NCBI RefSeq assembly: GCF_040882075.1
Contig: NZ_JBBEBZ010000171.1
Location: forward strand, 6,540-70,539
DNA length: 64,000 bases
DNA from: Nitriliruptor sp.
GTDB lineage: Bacteria; Actinomycetota; Nitriliruptoria; Nitriliruptorales; Nitriliruptoraceae
Direction: 5' to 3'
The stretch's first letter is position 1. Each line of letters starts with the position of its first letter. The notes beneath the pieces are model-generated. The model saw nothing but the letters and a program-made list of their open reading frames with translations, was not told where the DNA came from and made no database searches. Shown here piece by piece: positions 30,983 through 41,291 of this stretch. A program made the position numbers and the translations under genes.

Positions 30983-31945
30983 TCAACACCGCTGCCGAAC
31001 TGAGCCGGCGACGAGTCGGGCGACCTCGCCGATCAGGGCGACCACCTCGAGGTCGTCGTGGAGCTGGTTCTGGAGGAAGACCCGGGACAGGCCGGCATCG
31101 GCGTAGTCCGCGAGCCGATCGGCGGCCTGCTCCGGGGTGCCGATGATCCACTCGTCCCGCAGACCGTCGAGCCAGTGACCCGCGTCACCGTCGCGGCCGG
31201 AGAGCGCCATCAGCCGTCGGGCTCGGTCCTCGACCTCGTCATCGTTCGCGCCGAGGATGCACCCGGTCATCATCGAGAACACCAGCGGATCGCGGCCGGC
31301 CTCCTCGCAGGCTCGATCGATGTTGGCCTTGCGTTCGCGGACCGCGTCGGGTGACGGGAAGGTCGTGTTGTACTCGTCGGCCCACCGGGCGGCCAGGCGC
31401 GCCGCGCGGGGTCCGGCGCGACCACCGAGGATGATCGGCACGCGCGGTGACTGGACCGGCTTCGGTCGCGCCTCGCAGCCCTCCAGGCGATAGTGCTCAC
31501 CGCGGAAGTCGAACCGGTCCTCGGTCATCTGCCGGACGATGATCTCGAGCTGCTCCTCGAACACCTCGTAGCGGTGACCGAGCTCCTCGAACGGGAAGCC
31601 GTAGGTGGTGTGCTCGAGCTCGTGCCAGCCAGCACCCAGCCCAAGCTCCACCCGACCACCCGACACGTGATCGGCCGTCACCACGTCCTTGCACAGCACC
31701 GAGGGGTGGCGGAAGGAGGTGGGCGTCACCATCGTGCCGAGCCGGATGGTCGATGTGGCGTGCCCGAGCGCAGCCAACGTCGACCAGGCGTCGAGCGATG
31801 AGCGCTCCGTGCGGCTCTGGACCGACTGGTAGTGGTCGGAGCGGAACAGACCTTCGAGCCCCGCATCCTCGACGGCTGCGGCGATGTCCAGCCACTGCTG
31901 CCAGGTGACCGACTCCTGTCCCTCGATGTTCAGGTTCACCCGCAC
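30983..31945 (-). CDS. LLM-class F420-dependent oxidoreductase
   Basis: [40 protein letters not shown]; AGGAG RBS; last codons lie inside the element's right inverted repeat. Confidence 0.92.
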   Translation of the reverse strand: MRVNLNIEGQESVTWQQWLDIAAAVEDAGLEGLFRSDHYQSVQSRTERSSLDAWSTLAALGHATSTIRLGTMVTPTSFRHPSVLCKDVVTADHVSGGRVELGLGAGWHELEHTTYGFPFEELGHRYEVFEEQLEIIVRQMTEDRFDFRGEHYRLEGCEARPKPVQSPRVPIILGGRAGPRAARLAARWADEYNTTFPSPDAVRERKANIDRACEEAGRDPLVFSMMTGCILGANDDEVEDRARRLMALSGRDGDAGHWLDGLRDEWIIGTPEQAADRLADYADAGLSRVFLQNQLHDDLEVVALIGEVARLVAGSVRQRC

Positions 31946-32077
31946 GCCGCACGCTCCTGGTCGATGGTCGACTGCGTCCCGGTAGCCTGTCACCTCGACC
32001 CCGGTCCTGTGGCCGGGGTCGACCGCTCCCCTCGAACCGCCGGGTGAGCCCTCATCTCGACACACATCGGACCACCC

Positions 32078-34015
<1,938 letters not shown>

Positions 34016-34064
34016 CCCTCCGTCTCGACGCCACCGACCACGACCGCCCGATCCGGAGCTCCTC

Positions 34065-34550
34065 GTGACCAGCTGCCGCCCAGAGACCGTCGCCTTCACC
34101 GCCACCGCACCGCTGCGGGTCACCGCCACGCGCGAGATCATCGCGGGTCCCGACCGCATCTTCGCGGCGCTCGCCGACGCGTCGTCGTGGCCGCGGTGGT
34201 TCCCGGGCCTGGACCAGGCCCGCTGGACCTCACCCGAGCCGCACGGGATGGGTTCCACCCGTGAGGTGAAGGTCGGGCCGCTGCGGGTGGTCGAGGAGTT
34301 CATCGCCTGGGAGCCCGGTGTCCGGTTCGGGTTCACCTTCGAGTCGACCAACCTGCCCGGCACGCGTGCGGGCGTCGAGCTGGTCGAACTGCTGCCCGTG
34401 ACCGCTCATCGGACGCGGGTGTCGTACACGATGGCGCTCGAACCCGTCGGTCTGCCCGCCCGTCTGGCACCGCCGCTGAAGCCGGTCATGCGCGCGGCGA
34501 TCGGTCGGGGCTTGGCAGGTCTCGACCGCTACCTCGCACAGGGCGCCTGA
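34065..34550 (+). CDS. SRPBCC/polyketide-cyclase-fold protein
   Basis: WPRWFPG, GMGSTREV, EEFIAWEPG. Confidence 0.85.
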   Translation: MTSCRPETVAFTATAPLRVTATREIIAGPDRIFAALADASSWPRWFPGLDQARWTSPEPHGMGSTREVKVGPLRVVEEFIAWEPGVRFGFTFESTNLPGTRAGVELVELLPVTAHRTRVSYTMALEPVGLPARLAPPLKPVMRAAIGRGLAGLDRYLAQGA

Positions 34551-34572
34551 GGGGCCGGTCGCAGGTCGGGGG

Positions 34573-35451
34573 CTAGAGGTCCTGCAACCGCTGCTCGCGC
34601 CACGGGTCACCGACGTCGTGGTAGCCGCGTTCCTCCCAGTAGCCGGGCACGTCCCGTTCGGTGAGCTTCAGCTCGGTGACCCACTTGACGCTCTTCCAGC
34701 CGTACCGGGCCGGCACGACCAGCCGCAGCGGACCGCCGTGGGCGACGGCCAGCGGCACCCCGTCGTGCCCCCACGCGAGCAGCACGTCGTCGGCGGTCGC
34801 CGCCACGAGGTCGAGGCTCGCGCTGTAGGCGGGGTGGCCGGAGGCGACGAGGTGGGTGGCCTCGTCCCGCGCGCCGGCGAGCGCGATCACGTCAGCGACA
34901 CGCACGCCCTCCCAGAGGTTGTCGAGGCGTGACCAGGTCGTGACGCAGTGGAGGTCGCTGGTCGACCGCACGATCGGCAGCTCAGCACGCAGGTCGGCCA
35001 GCGTGAGGACGTGACGCTGCTGCACCCGTCCGGTGACCGTCAGCCGCCAACGGTCCGGGCTCGGGTCGACCGGTGCGGCGCCGACGTGCAGGACCGGCCA
35101 GCCGGGCGTCAGGTGCTGCCCCGGAGGCACCCGGGCGGGGTCGACGCCGCCGTCACCAGCGGTCTCCGCGATCCTCGTCGGTGCGTGGCGCACCCCGGGG
35201 CTCGGTTCGAGCGCGTCCCCGATCGCGGCGATGTCGAGGTCCGCGTGCCGTCGCGCGATCCGCGTGGCCAGCTCAGCCCGTTCGCCGGGGTCGTCGACGT
35301 CGTCGAGCAGGTCCCGAGCATCCTCGAGCCACCTGGCGATCCGTTCGTACGCGACCTCGGGTTCGGGCAGGTTCGGCGCGCTCTTCCACGCGTCATCGGC
35401 GCGGCGGAGCAGCCGCAGGATCTCTGCGGTCACCGTCGTGGTCCGCGCCAC
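34573..35451 (-). CDS. Molybdopterin-dependent oxidoreductase (sulfite oxidase/MsrP-like) with N-terminal extension
   Basis: PPGQ, DLHCVTTWS (Mo-ligand Cys), HGGPLRLVVP, YGWKSVKW, GYWEERGY. Confidence 0.9.
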   Translation of the reverse strand: MARTTTVTAEILRLLRRADDAWKSAPNLPEPEVAYERIARWLEDARDLLDDVDDPGERAELATRIARRHADLDIAAIGDALEPSPGVRHAPTRIAETAGDGGVDPARVPPGQHLTPGWPVLHVGAAPVDPSPDRWRLTVTGRVQQRHVLTLADLRAELPIVRSTSDLHCVTTWSRLDNLWEGVRVADVIALAGARDEATHLVASGHPAYSASLDLVAATADDVLLAWGHDGVPLAVAHGGPLRLVVPARYGWKSVKWVTELKLTERDVPGYWEERGYHDVGDPWREQRLQDL

Positions 35452-35458
35452 CTGCGGT

Positions 35459-36208
35459 TCATGGGGTCACGGGGTCCGGGACGGAACCGAAGGGCACCGT
35501 GACGGCGGTGAGGGCAGCGTCCGCCTGCAGGCTGGTCACGGCCGTGCGGTCGACGAACACCGCGAGGTCGTAGCGCTCGGACCCGGCCGAGCTCTGTGGC
35601 ACCGCCCAGGTGACCGGCAGGGAGACCGATGCGTCCCCGGAGGACGCCGTCTGGCCGGGCAGGATCGCCCAGGACGACAGGCTCTTGGCGTCGTCGCTGG
35701 CGCGGTACAGGAAGGCCTCGACCTCGCAGGGGCAGCCGTCGATGGCACCGGTCCCGTAGACGGTCACCGATCCCTGGAGCACCACGTTCTGCTCACCACC
35801 CGAACCGGGGCCAGGGACCTCGACGGTGACCGGTACGCCGCTGGCCGCTCCCCCGGCGACGGCGAGGACGGTGGTGCTGTCGGCCGCGTACGCGCTGCCG
35901 CCGGTGCGGGTCAGGAACGTCGCCATCTGCTCGCGGGTGACCGGGCTGCCCGGGCAGTACCGGCCCGCTGCGCAGCCCGTGGTGATCCCGGCGTCGGCGA
36001 CCTCCGAGATCGCCGCGTGGTGGGAGTTCGTGGCGGGTACGTCGGTGAAGACGTGGTTCGCCGCCGCTGGCACACCGATAGCGAGCAGCACCACGACAGC
36101 GCTGAGGATCACCTTGCGTCGGGTGTTCAGGACCACGGCGGTTCTCCTCGGGGCGTCGACCGGTGTGCGGTCGTGGTTCGGGTGCTCGGGTGTGGTGTCG
36201 TCGTTCAT
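35459..36208 (-). CDS. Secreted S-layer homology (SLH) domain protein
   Basis: Signal/TM segment, then FTDVP..AGITTGC..YCPGSPVTREQMATFL SLH motif; CPC motif in the C-terminal domain. Confidence 0.85.
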   Translation of the reverse strand: MNDDTTPEHPNHDRTPVDAPRRTAVVLNTRRKVILSAVVVLLAIGVPAAANHVFTDVPATNSHHAAISEVADAGITTGCAAGRYCPGSPVTREQMATFLTRTGGSAYAADSTTVLAVAGGAASGVPVTVEVPGPGSGGEQNVVLQGSVTVYGTGAIDGCPCEVEAFLYRASDDAKSLSSWAILPGQTASSGDASVSLPVTWAVPQSSAGSERYDLAVFVDRTAVTSLQADAALTAVTVPFGSVPDPVTP

Positions 36209-37872
36209 CGGGCGACGTCTCCGGGGGTGCGACCGCGACGTCGGGCGCCGCCGGTCGGGGTGGAGGTGGCCAGGTCATCGGGGGTCGCACCGGAACGCGT
36301 CGTCAGGACCTGCACGCCGCCGTCGGTGCCGATGACGATCGCGCCGCGTTCGAACGAGGCCCGCTGCTGGCCCCCGCGGACGGTCACCGACGAGCTGGTC
36401 GGGAGGCCGAGCCGGCCGTCCGGGCCGCCCTCGGCCTCGTAGGCGTCGAGGACCTCGCCGGTCAGCAGACGGGTGCCGGTGCGACCCGCGACGAGCATCC
36501 CTCGCTCGAGGTGGAGCACCCGGGCACGCCCGCCGGCGACGAACGTGGCCCGCCGCAGCGGTGCACCACCCGTCCCGGCGGCACCGCCGAGCTCGAGGTA
36601 CGGGTCGGCGAGGTCGCTGCCGATCCCGAAGGCGGTACCACCCGCGGTCCGGGTGACGATGCCCCGCTCGAAGCGCTGGACCTGCTGGCCGCCGACGGTG
36701 ATGACGTCGGCGATCGGCCAGCCGACGTGGTCCGGGTCGCTCGTCGGGTACCGCGAGCCGGCCTCGAGGAAGGTGAGCGTGACCGCGGCGACGGGTCCAC
36801 CGGCGACCTGGACGAGCGCGCCGCCGGTGAAGCGCACCAGCTGCGATCCGTCCGATCGTGCGGTCCGGGAGGTCGGGTACCCGAGCGAGCCGGAGGGGCC
36901 GCCGCGGCTGCGGTACTCGGTGTCGACCGCTCCGGTCACCGCCACGGGGGTGACGGAACTCGAGGCTCGGTAGATGGTGCCGCGGTCGTAGCGCACCTGG
37001 AGGCCCCCGCTCACGCCGGTCCCCTGCGGCTCGGAGGTCGGGTAGCCGAGGGCCCCGTTGATGCCGTCCATCCGCTCGCGGTAGTGCTGGTCGATCGAGC
37101 CGTGGACGGCGAGAGCGCCGGTCGAGGAGCGGTAGTAGATGGTGCCGTTCTCGTACCGCCGGTAGCGGCCCGGGCCGGAAGCGCGTTCGGAGCCGACCGG
37201 CGCACCGAGGATCGAGCCGCGCATCCCCATGTCCTGGTACTTGATGTCGATACGGGTCGCATCACGACCCGGCAGGCACGACGCGTTGTGCGACCGGGTG
37301 CGGTTATCGACCCGGACGGTGGTGCTGCAGGCGCGGTCCCAGACCCACGGGGCCGTGCACGTGACCACGCGGCAGACGACCTCGGTGACGCCTCGGATCT
37401 GGGTGTTGCACTGGCCGTACCGGAAGTTGTTGCAGCACACCCGACGCTTGTCGCACGCGCCGTCGGCGCAGCGGCAGGAGCAGGTGGCGTTCGGGGACCG
37501 GTTGCAGTCGATGACGTAGCGCGCGGCTCCGAAACAGAACGGTGAGTCGTCGATACGCCACCACCCGGCGACGTACGACCCCGGCGGGCAGGTGTTGGCG
37601 CCGGCGTTGACCGTGCAGCAGAACGCGGTCCAGCCGCTGGTGCACGAGGCGCCGTCACCGCACACCTGCGCGTAGGCCGAGCCGGGTTTGATCGCGTACC
37701 GGATCGGATCGACCACGACGGCCGCTCCGACCACGGCGACGCGTGACAGGAACCGCCGCCGGGTCAGGCCGGAGCCCGCGAGCGCGCGGCCGAGCCGGTC
37801 CACGAGCCGCACCGACATCGGCGCGTCGGTCTCGGTCGGGGCGGTGGGCTGCGGGTTGGTGGCGGTGCTCAC
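36205..37872 (-). CDS. Tat-exported Cys-rich (MauA/amine dehydrogenase light-chain-like) domain fused to LGFP repeats
   Basis: TRRRFL Tat motif, AYA cleavage site, 18 Cys in residues 71-199 including CPPG...GWW and IDC; LGAP/LGYP/LGLP repeats. Confidence 0.8.
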   Translation of the reverse strand: MSTATNPQPTAPTETDAPMSVRLVDRLGRALAGSGLTRRRFLSRVAVVGAAVVVDPIRYAIKPGSAYAQVCGDGASCTSGWTAFCCTVNAGANTCPPGSYVAGWWRIDDSPFCFGAARYVIDCNRSPNATCSCRCADGACDKRRVCCNNFRYGQCNTQIRGVTEVVCRVVTCTAPWVWDRACSTTVRVDNRTRSHNASCLPGRDATRIDIKYQDMGMRGSILGAPVGSERASGPGRYRRYENGTIYYRSSTGALAVHGSIDQHYRERMDGINGALGYPTSEPQGTGVSGGLQVRYDRGTIYRASSSVTPVAVTGAVDTEYRSRGGPSGSLGYPTSRTARSDGSQLVRFTGGALVQVAGGPVAAVTLTFLEAGSRYPTSDPDHVGWPIADVITVGGQQVQRFERGIVTRTAGGTAFGIGSDLADPYLELGGAAGTGGAPLRRATFVAGGRARVLHLERGMLVAGRTGTRLLTGEVLDAYEAEGGPDGRLGLPTSSSVTVRGGQQRASFERGAIVIGTDGGVQVLTTRSGATPDDLATSTPTGGARRRGRTPGDVAR

Positions 37873-38351
37873 GTGGTCGGCTCGATGACGATGGAGGCGA
37901 GCATCTGCTCGACCCGACGGACCTGGACGAGCTTGTCCTCCTCGGCGCCGAGGACGACGTAGAGGCAGAACGCGCGGCCCGCCTCGGTGAAGAACGCCTG
38001 GTACCCCGCCTGGCCGGGGATCACCCGTTGCAGCGAGCTGCCCGAGAACCGGCGTGGGTCGAGGCGACGCGGCAGCCCCTGAGCTTCGAACAGCGGGGTG
38101 TCGGCCTCCTGCGGCCCGTACTCGAGCAGGGCGACGAAGGTGTCACCCTCCCGCATGGTCTCGACCGCACCCGACCCGAAGTCGCCGCGGTCCACCGGAA
38201 GGGGGAAGGTCCCGGCGTGGAGCACCGGGTGCGTCTCCACCGACAGCGTTCGGGCCTCCCCCGGCGCGGGAGGTTCGGGCGCAGCGGTGCGCAACGCCCC
38301 CTCCCAACCGCGCGGGAGGTCGGCGCGGATGCCGAAGCCTCGTACCTGCAT
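37869..38351 (-). CDS. Hypothetical protein in the Mau-like operon
   Basis: GGAG RBS, GTGA coupling to the next gene, GC3 bias; motifs RGDFGSG and GRAFCLYVVLG. Confidence 0.75.
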   Translation of the reverse strand: MQVRGFGIRADLPRGWEGALRTAAPEPPAPGEARTLSVETHPVLHAGTFPLPVDRGDFGSGAVETMREGDTFVALLEYGPQEADTPLFEAQGLPRRLDPRRFSGSSLQRVIPGQAGYQAFFTEAGRAFCLYVVLGAEEDKLVQVRRVEQMLASIVIEPTT

Positions 38352-38373
38352 GTGGTGTCTCCGAGGTGGTGGG

Positions 38374-39060
38374 TCAGCCGGCGACGGCGACGGCGGCGGT
38401 GGTCAGAGCCGCCGCGGCGAGCGCCACGACGGTGGTGGTGACGCGTCCCGCCACGGGGGCGGCCGCGTCCATGCGCTGGTGGAAGGCGTTGAGGCTCGCG
38501 GGGTCGCGGTGCCGCCCGGCGAGCAGCAGCGGCAGCGCCCGGACCGTGCCGAAGCACAGGCCGATGAGCACCCCCGCGGTGATCGACCCGGTGGCGACCG
38601 CGGCGAGCAGCACGAGGTGGAAGGCTGCCGAGGGGATCCGCGTCAGGACGCCTGCGCCGAGCTGGAAGCCGAAGCCGGCGCCGTAGGCCCACCCGCGGTA
38701 GCTGGTCAGCCAGCGCTCGTCGACCTGACGTTGCCAGCTCGGAAGCTGCACGCGCAAGGCGCCGCGGTCGACCAGGACCGCGACGATCGACGCGACGACC
38801 AGCACCGCGACGAGGGCCCCGACCGGCGGCGTACCGACGAGCGCGAACAGCCCCCAACCGAGCAGACCCGCGAGCGCACCGACGCTCGCGCCGCCGAGGG
38901 CGGACGCCACGAGGTAGGCCGTGGCCGTGATGGGCCACCGCTGTCCTCGTGCGGCCTCCCCGACCGGGGAGATGCTGGCGAGCATCGACACCCCTCAGGG
39001 GCTCCAGCTGCTGCGGAGCGCGGCCGCGGCAGCGATGGTCAGTCCGAAGGCGAGGATCAC
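38374..39060 (-). CDS. MauF-like (CcdA/DsbD-related) membrane protein with in-frame TGA at codon 22, candidate selenoprotein
   Basis: GTG 39060 overlaps the upstream stop (GTGA); reads MILAFGLTIAAAAALRSSWSP-TGA(38995-38997)-GVSMLASISP; RQVDERW and GFQLG motifs follow. Confidence 0.78.
38956..38971 (-). promoter_or_regulatory. Candidate bacterial SECIS hairpin
   Basis: mRNA CUCCCC-GGUC-GGGGAG; G-starting apical loop 29 nt downstream of the UGA. Confidence 0.55.
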
Positions 39061-39830
39061 GACGCGGCCCCGTCCACGGGCACGACGGTCCCGTCGGCGC
39101 GCTGGTAGAGCGACGGGTCACCGGGGCTGATCCCCGCGGCCAGAAGGTGGCGGTCGGCGTCCCGCTCGCGTCGGGCGTCCGCCGCCGCCTTGGCGCGGAC
39201 CGACCGGTCCGATGCCGCGCCACGCAGCAGGAGGTTGCGCACGGCCGGCCACGAGGCGGCGGTCCCCTCACCGCGGACCCGGCCGGAGCGGCCCTCGACG
39301 TGCACCACGTACGGGCTCCCCGGGACCTCGAGGTCGTCGTACACCGTGGAGCTCATCACGACGGGGATGCCCGACGGCGCGAGGTCGGCGATCGCCGCGG
39401 CGTCCTCGTCGGGTTCCTCCCGCGTCACCACGACCACCCGGGTCCCGTCGGGGACGCCGAGGTCGTCCTCGAGCTCGCGCCAGTACGGGGCGCAGCCGGC
39501 GCAGGTCGAGGACAGGAACACCAGGACGGTGTCGTGGTCCACGTCGACGGTGCGCAGGCCGAGGACGTCACCGGTGGGGCTGGTGCCGCTGACGTCGACC
39601 GCGCGCCGGCCCTCGGCAGGGGCGACCGGTCCGAGCTGGGTGGCGATCGGCTGGGGCGTCGGCATCCCCGATGGCGAGGTCACCGGGCTGCCAGCGGTGG
39701 CCGACGGGTCCACACCTGCGCCGAACGCGTGCAGCTGCTTGAGGATCTCGGCGTGGCTGCGGAGCAGTCCGACGAGCAGGACCAGCTGGGCAGCGACGAC
39801 GACGGTCAGGACGACGACGAGTGCGGTCAC
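39057..39830 (-). CDS. Membrane-anchored thioredoxin-like protein (MauD-like)
   Basis: N-terminal TM with LLRSHAEIL, FLSSTCAGC (CxxC), PGSPY cis-Pro loop; GTGA overlaps at both ends. Confidence 0.82.
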   Translation of the reverse strand: MTALVVVLTVVVAAQLVLLVGLLRSHAEILKQLHAFGAGVDPSATAGSPVTSPSGMPTPQPIATQLGPVAPAEGRRAVDVSGTSPTGDVLGLRTVDVDHDTVLVFLSSTCAGCAPYWRELEDDLGVPDGTRVVVVTREEPDEDAAAIADLAPSGIPVVMSSTVYDDLEVPGSPYVVHVEGRSGRVRGEGTAASWPAVRNLLLRGAASDRSVRAKAAADARRERDADRHLLAAGISPGDPSLYQRADGTVVPVDGAAS

Positions 39831-40378
39831 GAGGCACCTCCAGCGGCGCGACGGGCGGTGGCCAGGTCCGGAAGGGCGGTGATGACCACCTGGACGGCCG
39901 CGACGGCGACGAGACCGGCGACGAGCGTCGGGACGCCCGCCAGAGGACCGCCGGCGATGAGGGTCACGGCCGACGGCACCCCGACGAGCACGGCGGCGCC
40001 GGCCGCAGCGGCGGCCGCAGCGTCCACGATGACGTGGTGCCACCCGGTCGGGGTGTCGCTGGCACCGAAGCACCCGCAGCTCTCGCCACGCGACCGCTGC
40101 CGGAGCGCCACCCCGGTGAAGGCGAGGTAGGTGACGGCCAGGAGCGCCACGGCGGGTCCTGCACCCGTGGTGAGGACCACGGCGGCGAGCGCCAGCTCGC
40201 CCGCACCGAGCAGCCGCACGAGTCTTTCCGCGCCGATGGGCAGCCCGAGCGCCTCCCTGGCGACGGCGGGCGCCCGCAGCTTGGCGATCCCGGCGGGGAC
40301 GAGCAGCCCGCTCGCCACGGCCACCATCACGCCCAACGTCAGCGCGACAGCACCGCTGTCCCCCCCGAGCTCGAGCAA
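39827..40378 (-). CDS. MauE/DoxX-family redox membrane protein
   Basis: AGIAKL, GAGELAL, SCGCFG signature. Confidence 0.9.
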   Translation of the reverse strand: MLELGGDSGAVALTLGVMVAVASGLLVPAGIAKLRAPAVAREALGLPIGAERLVRLLGAGELALAAVVLTTGAGPAVALLAVTYLAFTGVALRQRSRGESCGCFGASDTPTGWHHVIVDAAAAAAAGAAVLVGVPSAVTLIAGGPLAGVPTLVAGLVAVAAVQVVITALPDLATARRAAGGAS

Positions 40379-40570
40379 CCTTCACTCCCGACGCGGCGGC
40401 TCCGGCGGCCACCGTCCAGTCCGCGCGAACCTACGTCGTGGCCCCGCGGTCGCCAACGAGGGTGCCGGTTCGAGGCGTCAGCGCACGCGTTCTCCCCGGG
40501 TGACCGCCCGGAGCGCAGCAGGAACGCACGGTCCGGGCTCGGGGCGCACGCCGGGAGCCGGCGTGGCCGG

Positions 40571-40644
40571 TGGGCGCGGCGGGGCTCGAACCCGCGACCG
40601 ACGGATTATGAGTCCGCTGCTCTGACCAGCTGAGCTACGCGCCC
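40571..40644 (-). tRNA. tRNA with CAT anticodon, probably tRNA-Ile2 (elongator Met not excluded)
   Basis: GGGCGCGTAGCTCAG..CTCATAA..GGTTCGAGCCCCGCCGCGCCCA cloverleaf; G1-C72 paired so not initiator; CCA not encoded. Confidence 0.93.
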
Positions 40645-40705
40645 GCGCGGCGGAGCCTACGCAGTGGGACGCGGCCGCTCCGCGCGGAGACGGAGGCGGA
40701 GGGCG

Positions 40706-41170
40706 TCAGCCCTGGGCGTCGCCGGCGGTCGCGTCGACCTCGATGCCCTCGGCGGGGCCCTGCCGCTCCTCCCAGGCGCGGAAACGACCGATCACGTCCG
40801 GGAGCGAGCGCAGCACGAAGCCGAGGACCGCCACGTCGTCGAGCAGTCCGACGCCGGCCACGACGTCCGGGATGAGATCGAGCGGCGACACGAGGTAGAC
40901 GAACCCGGAGAGGATCAGGAGCAGATCCTCGATGGCCACGTCGCGGTAGCGCCCCGCGGCGTACGCGCGCAGCAGCCGGACCAGCGTGCGCGTGTCGGCG
41001 AGCGCATCGCCGACGATCGGTGCCGACTCGACGCGGGCGTTGACCCGCCGCAGCAGCGCACCGAGGTCCCGACCGCCGTCCAGGTACTCCTGAGCCCGTG
41101 CGGTCGCGCGCTTCCACGGCCGTGAGCGCAGCACCTGGTCAGCCAGCCGCTTGCGTGCCGCTTCCGCCAC
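40706..41170 (-). CDS. YkvA/DUF1232 membrane protein
   Basis: YLVSPLDLIPD..GLLDD signature. Confidence 0.9.
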   Translation of the reverse strand: MAEAARKRLADQVLRSRPWKRATARAQEYLDGGRDLGALLRRVNARVESAPIVGDALADTRTLVRLLRAYAAGRYRDVAIEDLLLILSGFVYLVSPLDLIPDVVAGVGLLDDVAVLGFVLRSLPDVIGRFRAWEERQGPAEGIEVDATAGDAQG

Positions 41171-41291
41171 CGTCCGCTCCCGAGGTCGTTCGGGCGCAGG
41201 CTAGGGCTTCCGCGACCCACCCGTGGGGCCGGTCGCACGCACGCACCTACGCTGCGGCGCTCGCTCCCATCCCCTCCCGTACGCTCCCGAG

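Larger units (their letters stand above)
29739..31001. mobile_element. Non-autonomous inverted-repeat-bounded element carrying a toxin-antitoxin module, with 10-bp target-site duplication
   Basis: Outer 13 bp AGTTCGGCAGCGG perfectly inverted, extending imperfectly to about 50 bp; AGCCGGCGAC direct repeats at 29728-29737 and 31003-31012; internal inverted GGGTGGCTG repeat arrays; no transposase. Confidence 0.75.

Noticed and set aside
38995-38997. TGA as Trp or Gly under an alternative genetic code
   Set aside because: TGA is the normal stop for most genes in the window, including typA and dnaG.
40571-40644. tRNA next to the Sec-candidate operon as tRNA-Sec (its loop contains TCA)
   Set aside because: The 7-nt loop is CTCATAA with central CAT, and the gene is 74 nt with no long variable arm, so it is Ile2/Met rather than selC.
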